DNA of 63,758 nt, counting the filler, from Folioceros fuciformis (lineage: Eukaryota): assembly GCA_049999805.1 (NCBI GenBank). It is 8 parts of 8 records of this genome, joined end to end, with 100 filler letters (N's around TTAATTAATTAA, not from the genome) between each part and the next. Parts side by side here need not be neighbours in the genome. Positions count along the whole stretch, not along the records: positions 57,517 to 59,221 come from JBNGIO010005897.1; positions 59,322 to 62,057 come from JBNGIO010005898.1; positions 62,158 to 63,758 come from JBNGIO010005902.1; 5 more parts are not named here. One strand, 5' to 3'. The notes below the pieces were generated by a model that was given only the letters and a program-made list of their open reading frames with translations, was not told where the DNA came from and did no database searches. Below are positions 57,517 through 63,758 of the stretch, in pieces. Positions within the stretch are counted from its first letter, which is position 1, and each line of letters opens with the position of its first letter. A program made the position numbers and the translations under genes.

Positions 57517-59221
57517 ATGGTGTGCTACGAAGGCAAGAGGAATTCTAATGGAGGTCGACTTCACTATTGGACTAAAAAGTCTGGTTTCCTCGTAGTCGAA
57601 GCTAGGGATCTGAGTGAAGCCTCTTGCAACAAGTCTGGCCTTATGTCGTGCTACTGTTTCGTCTGGATTGAGTTTGCACCTGAATGTCCACTTGCAAGAG
57701 ATAGGTTTTCTTCCTTTCGGTAAGTCCACCAACTTCCACGCTTTGTTGCTCATTAGGGAGTCATACTCTGATTGTACTGCAACTGTCCATTCTGGTGAAG
57801 CAAGTGCCTCGTCTATGGATAGGGGTACTCCCTACATTTCAATGGCCGATAGTGCCTGGTGTGCAACATCTTCCAACTAGTTAGTGTGAGGTTGAGAGAT
57901 GGAGGATGCTTGGCGCTTCATGAGACCTGTGAGGGTATCACCAGGAGTGTATGGTGGCTCTTTCCATTCACTTCGTGTAGGTTTGTTTCTGGTGGATCTT
58001 CTGATAGCTTCTGGAGGTGCAAGCAAAGTGGGTTCGGGATGGTACACTTGGGGTATTATCTCCGGGACAGTAACCTCTGGGATTTGGGAGTCTGGAGATG
58101 ATGTGGAGTGAGAGAGGTCTAGTAGCTACTGTACAGGCTACTGGGCTAGTGGTTGTTAGGTTGGTGGTGCAGGTTGCTGGAGTACTTCTTGTTGGATCAC
58201 CTTTTGAGTTTGCAGTGAGGTGATGTTATCGTAGTCTGTGGCCCCTTCAAACTCAAGGGGGGATTCAGTGGTAGAATGGCCAAAAATGCTAGGTGCAGAC
58301 AAGGGAGTGGAAGTGAGGGAGGACTGGAGGAGTGTGTTGAGGAGATGGGTTTTGTGGAAATGAACAATGCGGGAATGGATTACCTCTCAAGAGTGGGGAT
58401 CAAAGAGCCGGTAGGCTTTGACTTGGTCCAAGTATCCCATGAACAACATCTTTCGACCTGTATCATCCCACTTCCTTCGGGTTTTTGCAGCAATATGGGC
58501 AAAGGTAGGACTACCGAAAATATGGAGGTGGGATACCCTAGGTTTGTGGCCGCTCCACCTCTCGAATGGAGTAGTGCAGGGGAGTTCCTTAGTTGGAAGC
58601 CTGTTTTTTCAGGTAAGTGGAAGTGAACACAGCTTCTGCCTAGTATGCTTTTGTTAAGCCTGTGAGTTTGAGGAGGAACCTCAAGATTTCCAACAAGGAA
58701 CGATTCAGTCGTTCAGCGAAAGGGTTCTGTGAGGGAGTATAAGGTACCGTGTTCTGTTGTTGAATGCCCTTAGAGCGGCAGAATCTTTGGAAGGCATTGC
58801 TGATGTATTCACCCCTGTTGTCTGTTCGCAGGGTGGTTACTTGAAATCCTGTTTGCCACTCAGCAGTGAGAAGAAAGTCTTGGAAACATGAAAGGGCCTC
58901 GTCCTTTCGCTTCAAGAAGTAGACATGGCAGTATCTGCTCCATTCGTCTAGGAACGTAATGAAATAGCTATGGCCTCCAAAGGAGTCGGTGCTCATGGGT
59001 CCACATATATCGGAGTGGATTGTCTTAAGCAGTCGTCTGGCACGGGTAGGAGAAGGGTCTTTGAAAGGTGATTGGTTTAACTTGGTATACTGACATATCT
59101 TGCACAAGAAGTCCTTGTGAACTTTGAGCTTGACAAGATCCTTATACATGGTGGGGTTTGCAAGCATGTTGAGATATCTAGAGTTCATATGGCTTGCACG
59201 GCAGTGCCGTAACAAGGACTT
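57517..59221 (-). mobile_element. Decayed Copia pol fragment (GAG-pre-integrase, integrase core, RT start)
   Basis: IHSDICGP; ITFLDEWSR; LRTDNRGEY; QNPFAERLNR; WKLVDLPKGRKPISCKW...KARLVARGFTQ; interrupted by stops. Confidence 0.92.
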
Positions 59222-59321
59222 NNNNNNNNNNNNNNNNNNNNNNNNNNNNNNNNNNNNNNNNNNNNTTAATTAATTAANNNNNNNNNNNNNNNNNNNNNNN
59301 NNNNNNNNNNNNNNNNNNNNN
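59222..59321. other. Artificial contig linker/gap
   Basis: Same 100-nt structure. Confidence 0.97.
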
Positions 59322-59982
59322 AAGTAGAAAATACCTCCATGCATAGTGATCGTTACTTGCTTCGTCAAGATTGCAAATATTTTCTTCAAGGCGGACTTTG
59401 TGGCAGAGAAAAATGTATGTATAGGCATATTAAAACTAGTGATGATGCATTGATTTGTCAAGACTTTTTAAATGGAGTCTGCAAAAATCCTAACACTTGC
59501 AACTTCAAACATTATATTTAACATAACAATAGATGTAGGTTTTACTTGTGAAATAAAGTATAAGCTATTTCACTAATAACCCATGGGAGTAAAAGGATTC
59601 CCCAAGTTCACGTCGCTTTTAGAAAGTGGCACAAATTAGTGTTCATGAATTTTAAATGATTTTGTCTCAAAGCCTACCATTGTAATGTTGCCTTTTTATT
59701 TTACTATGGCCAAATGGGTCTCAAGAGCAATGGGGATGAAAATGTGCTCATCTTGTAGGGGAGAATACTTATGGACTTTGGAACTTGTATAACCCTCCGC
59801 TGCACATCGAGAAAGGTTGATGACAACATGCTCACAAATCAAATCCCTAGTGCAATCCATGACAACCACATTAGTGACACAAACTTGTTCCCCACTAGTG
59901 AGGAAAAAGTCAGCTTTAAGTAAAATCCTTTTGCACAAAGTATATAAACGCTCTCTATACAAAAGAAACTCACATTCTCTAG
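59322..59982. repeat. 661-bp segment apparently identical to 61397-62057 (period 2075 bp); includes the 3' part of a CCCH ORF (stop at 59521)
   Basis: The contig begins and ends with the same sequence. The ORF track gives identical peptides at 59339/61414 and 59696/61771. Confidence 0.93.
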
Positions 59983-60245
59983 CCGTTGAGAACATGAAAT
60001 CCTAAAGTACATCATGGGTGGCAATGTAGTGCCTCCCGATAGGACAAACGTACCACATAGGACCCTATGTCGACAATAGCAATCCCACAACTATATGTAG
60101 AGAGACGAAAAGCTAAGGGTGGGCCAAACCTATGCAAAATCTCATTATCGTGGCAAAAGTTGCTAGTGTGATTCAAAACGCCTAGATGCAAGGTCAAACC
60201 GAAAGCCAACAGCTTACTCCTTGACCTAAAGAACAGCAAATACAA
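59696..60245 (-). mobile_element. Decayed C-terminus of a CRE-type non-LTR retrotransposon (zinc knuckle + restriction-like endonuclease)
   Basis: SCG...D.GS...CPIGRHYIATHDVL*DFMFSTARE...KADFF...TNVVVMD...SKVHKY...FIPIALETH: knuckle followed by RxD...DV...K..KY...F.P.A.ET motifs. Confidence 0.65.
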
Positions 60246-60578
60246 GCCCTATGAATGGATGAGTCCAAAAGAAGAGCTCTCTTCACACAATTTTTACAAC
60301 AAGGGTTTGTTAACATGGCATAAATGATGTTTTTTATTGTGCATATAAATTTTATTAGTTTTTATTTAAATCATTTTAAATTTTATTTAAATATTTTCCC
60401 CTAATGTATTAAATAAATAAATCTATACTTAGTTTTATTTTAGTAAGAATAAGATGATACAGATACTAAGTTTAAGTTAAATAATAGCCATATGTATACG
60501 AACCTTTATCGAAATACGGTAACCCTAAACACTTGAGGTCTACCTCTTTATTTTATTTTAATATATTCTTCAATAGTC

Positions 60579-60586
60579 TATATAAA
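60579..60586 (+). promoter_or_regulatory. TATA box upstream of the 48-bp array and CCCH copy B
   Basis: CTATATAAAGGG, preceded by a telo-box-like AACCCTAAA at about 60520. Confidence 0.5.
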
Positions 60587-60652
60587 GGGCCTACTCTACA
60601 CTTTGGTCCATTGTGTATCATTAGTGAGCCTCTCATAGTTTCCTACCCAGCA

Positions 60653-60980
60653 CTCTCTTCGTTATTGTAACTCATGTGCTATTGGCAGTTCTTGCCTATT
60701 TGCTCTTTGTTGGCGTAACTTATATGCTATCGGTAGTTCTCTCTTGTTTGCTCTTTGTTGTTGTATCTTATTTGCTATTGGTAGCTTTCCTTTGTTTACT
60801 CTTTGTTGTTATAACTTATGTGCTAGTGGTAAATCTCTCTTGTTTGCTCTTTGTTGTTCTAGTTTATGTGCTATTGGTAGCTCTCTCTTGTTTGTTCTTT
60901 GTTGTTTTAGCTTACGTGGTGTTGCTAACCCTCTCTTCTTTGCTCTTTGTTGTTGTAGTTTGTGTGCTTTTGGTAGCCTT
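60653..60980 (+). repeat. 48-bp minisatellite (about 7 diverged units), stop-free in one frame
   Basis: ORF 60676-60990 reads as 16-aa units of the form VLLVALSCLLFVVxxY. Confidence 0.88.
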
Positions 60981-61050
60981 GTATGAATAACACCTTACTA
61001 ATAGCTCTTCACACTCAAAGGATTAAGTATCAAAAGTACTATCCTACAAA

Positions 61051-61596
61051 ATGGTGAGCTCTAAATGGTTTGCACCGACACTCAAGAAAAAAGATGTAAA
61101 AAGCCCTCTTAGCTCACACTCATGGTTAAGACCCTCCGTACACATTCAAAGCAGTTTTCAACAGCATAAGGTTTCCAATCCTAGTATTCGTAAATTTTGC
61201 TTGATATTTACTCATAATAAGATTGTCAATCTTACTCAAAGAAAAGACTACTCGCAAAACCAGGCAGCACTTAAAAAATTAGGGTTTTTGAAGGTAAGAA
61301 AAGAAGGTCGTCACAATGTTTGGCTAAAATCAGGCATTTATTCTAAAGAAGAAAATGGTACCCATAGCCCAGTAAAAGTTCCTTTATATCATAAGCAAGT
61401 AGAAAATACCTCCATGCATAGTGATCGTTACTTGCTTCGTCAAGATTGCAAATATTTTCTTCAAGGCGGACTTTGTGGCAGAGAAAAATGTATGTATAGG
61501 CATATTAAAACTAGTGATGATGCATTGATTTGTCAAGACTTTTTAAATGGAGTCTGCAAAAATCCTAACACTTGCAACTTCAAACATTATATTTAA
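61051..61596 (+). CDS. Small intronless tandem CCCH zinc-finger protein (181 aa), copy B
   Basis: DCKYFLQGGLCGREKCMYRH and ICQDFLNGVCKNPNTCNFKH; aaaATGG context; homologous to 3290-3790. Confidence 0.78.
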   Translation: MVSSKWFAPTLKKKDVKSPLSSHSWLRPSVHIQSSFQQHKVSNPSIRKFCLIFTHNKIVNLTQRKDYSQNQAALKKLGFLKVRKEGRHNVWLKSGIYSKEENGTHSPVKVPLYHKQVENTSMHSDRYLLRQDCKYFLQGGLCGREKCMYRHIKTSDDALICQDFLNGVCKNPNTCNFKHYI

Positions 61597-62057
61597 CATA
61601 ACAATAGATGTAGGTTTTACTTGTGAAATAAAGTATAAGCTATTTCACTAATAACCCATGGGAGTAAAAGGATTCCCCAAGTTCACGTCGCTTTTAGAAA
61701 GTGGCACAAATTAGTGTTCATGAATTTTAAATGATTTTGTCTCAAAGCCTACCATTGTAATGTTGCCTTTTTATTTTACTATGGCCAAATGGGTCTCAAG
61801 AGCAATGGGGATGAAAATGTGCTCATCTTGTAGGGGAGAATACTTATGGACTTTGGAACTTGTATAACCCTCCGCTGCACATCGAGAAAGGTTGATGACA
61901 ACATGCTCACAAATCAAATCCCTAGTGCAATCCATGACAACCACATTAGTGACACAAACTTGTTCCCCACTAGTGAGGAAAAAGTCAGCTTTAAGTAAAA
62001 TCCTTTTGCACAAAGTATATAAACGCTCTCTATACAAAAGAAACTCACATTCTCTAG
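61397..62057. repeat. Second copy of the 661-bp segment (CCCH 3' end + convergent CRE relic)
   Basis: Matches 59322-59982. Confidence 0.93.
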
Positions 62058-62157
62058 NNNNNNNNNNNNNNNNNNNNNNNNNNNNNNNNNNNNNNNNNNN
62101 NTTAATTAATTAANNNNNNNNNNNNNNNNNNNNNNNNNNNNNNNNNNNNNNNNNNNN
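62058..62157. other. Artificial contig linker/gap
   Basis: Same 100-nt structure. Confidence 0.97.
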
Positions 62158-62740
62158 GTTTCACTTAGAGCTGACCTTTTTTTCACTAAGGGGGAACAGG
62201 TTTGTGTCACTGATGTGGTTGTTACGGATCCCACTAAGGATTCGATCTACAAGCACATCATCATCAACCCCCCTGGTTGGGCAGTGGAGGGTTGTGCAAG
62301 CGCCAAAGTCCATAAGTATTCTCCCCTGCAAGATGGGCATACTTTTATCCCCCTTGCTCTTAATACTCATGGGGCTATGGGCAAGGACGTTTCAAGGTTT
62401 ATCAAGGAGTGTGCCAAGGTTTATCAGAGTCATAGGAATCATGTTCTCCCTCTTTCCTCTGTAGTGGCCTTCTTTTGACAACGCGTATCCATTGCTTTGC
62501 AAAGAGTATTGGCCAACGTGGTTTTTAGGACAACAACAAGCACAAGTCAAGCGACTTCTTATGCACCGATGGTAGGTAGGCCTTTTGTTACTCCACATCT
62601 TGACGTTTTGGGAGCAATACGTAGTTTTTGAGAATGATATTCGAAGGGGCTAGTACCTTTTGGCCTTTAACCCTGCTTGGGTTGTTCTTCCAATCTTTGG
62701 AGTAGATGGGACTTTTCGTCTCTTTCTCAATAATAGAAAA
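62158..62740 (+). mobile_element. 3' end of a CRE-type non-LTR retrotransposon (RLE domain, 3' UTR, A-rich end)
   Basis: RADL...TDVVVTDP...AKVHKY...FIPLALNTHGAMG...*QRVSIALQR, ending in CTCAATAATAGAAAA. Diverged paralog of 59696-59995. Confidence 0.7.
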
Positions 62741-63086
62741 TACACTTTGCATAAAAACTAAAAGAACAGTTAACTACATTACTTTATTCTTTTACTGAAA
62801 AAAAAGCTATGAAAAATTCTTAGAGATTTGTAAACTTGGACAAACCCATAATACAAGAGAACTAGCTGAAGTTTTTTCTTTGTAAACTCTACCATTCAAA
62901 TATTTGAATTTGAATTTTTTTATTTAAAAATAAAAATATTATATAATTTAAATAAAAGTTATAGGATTTTTTTTATTTAAATAGAGAAAGCTAATCAGCA
63001 CACCTCTCTTACAAAGACGACATGTACTAAGGTTGTCTTAAATGCATCATACACTATTGTCATGTTGTCTTTAATGGATAATGAAC

Positions 63087-63297
63087 CTCAAGCTATCTCT
63101 TGCACATCAAGAACCTCATGCTAAGTTGTTTCCTAAGCTCAAGAACCTCATGACTAAGTTGTTTTCTATGCTCAAGCTATCTCTTGCACATCAAGAACCT
63201 CATGCTAAGTTGTTTCCTAAGCTCAAGAACCTCATGACTAAGTTGTTTTCTATGCTCAAGAACCTCATGAATAAGTTGTTTTCTATGCTCAAGAACC
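63087..63297. repeat. Nested minisatellite: perfect 84-bp duplication built on about 33-bp subunits
   Basis: 63087-63170 equals 63171-63254. The subunit ctcaagaacctcatgactaagttgttttctatg recurs. Confidence 0.9.
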
Positions 63298-63758
63298 ATA
63301 TGGATATCTTGGATGCATCAAGAAGGTTAGGTCCATTTATTTTAGAAAGACAATATGAAAAATCCATCCACCCGCAATGAGGGAGATAAATCTTGATTAG
63401 ACACTTAGGGCTACCCTTGACCCTAATGGCTACCAATAGTAGCTAAAATATCATGGTCCAAGCGACTAAGGAGAAAGAATCTTCACTACCACTCGAGTCC
63501 TAGGTCCTGGCACCACTAGCCGGCCAATCTTAGCTTAGCACCCACTAGCGTCCTAGCACTAGCCGGCCAATCTCAGCAATGGAGTTGCTAACACCACCTC
63601 TCCGCCAATTGTATTCATTGCTTCGAAAACTTGTGTTGTCTTCTGAACCTCTGGCTGGGTTATCTTCAATGCTACTTACGTGGTGAACTTGTTAAGCACC
63701 ATGATGCATCTGTAGAATACGTCCAACCAAGGGGGCCAGCCTGCACTTAGAATGTGTG

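Overview
Eukaryotic nuclear DNA from a green land plant with compact genes (GT-AG introns mostly about 80-120 nt, short intergenic gaps). A non-seed plant such as a hornwort is inferred but not proven. The scaffold is stitched from 8 contigs by seven artificial 100-nt N...TTAATTAATTAA...N linkers. Gene island 1 (5.1-27.6 kb) holds ATG101, TRAPPC13, an intronless CacyBP/SIP, plastid UMP kinase, an At1g19530-like gene, an unknown coiled-coil gene, a SOUL/DUF2358 haem-binding protein, Ycf20-like, a Gly-rich membrane protein and a gap-truncated TBL esterase. A Ty1/Copia block (27.7-42.5 kb) holds a decayed element with a TA...TA LTR nested in another Copia, an element with an intact 1435-aa ORF, and an IN/RT-deleted element with an extra upstream ORF and an FG-rich Gag extension. 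Gene island 2 (42.6-51.5 kb) holds crooked-neck, a 57-aa DUF3511-like peptide missed by the ORF track, an unknown gene, DUF6737-like and a BAHD acyltransferase. The flanks carry PIF/Harbinger, Copia and CRE-type (restriction-like endonuclease) non-LTR relics and minisatellites. The best candidate for something new is a family of small intronless tandem-CCCH ORFs with ZC3H3/SOP1-like fingers, present as two diverged open copies in TE-rich DNA 57 kb apart. One copy lies in an apparently tandem 2075-bp unit with a TATA box, a 48-bp hydrophobic-coding minisatellite and a convergent CRE relic.
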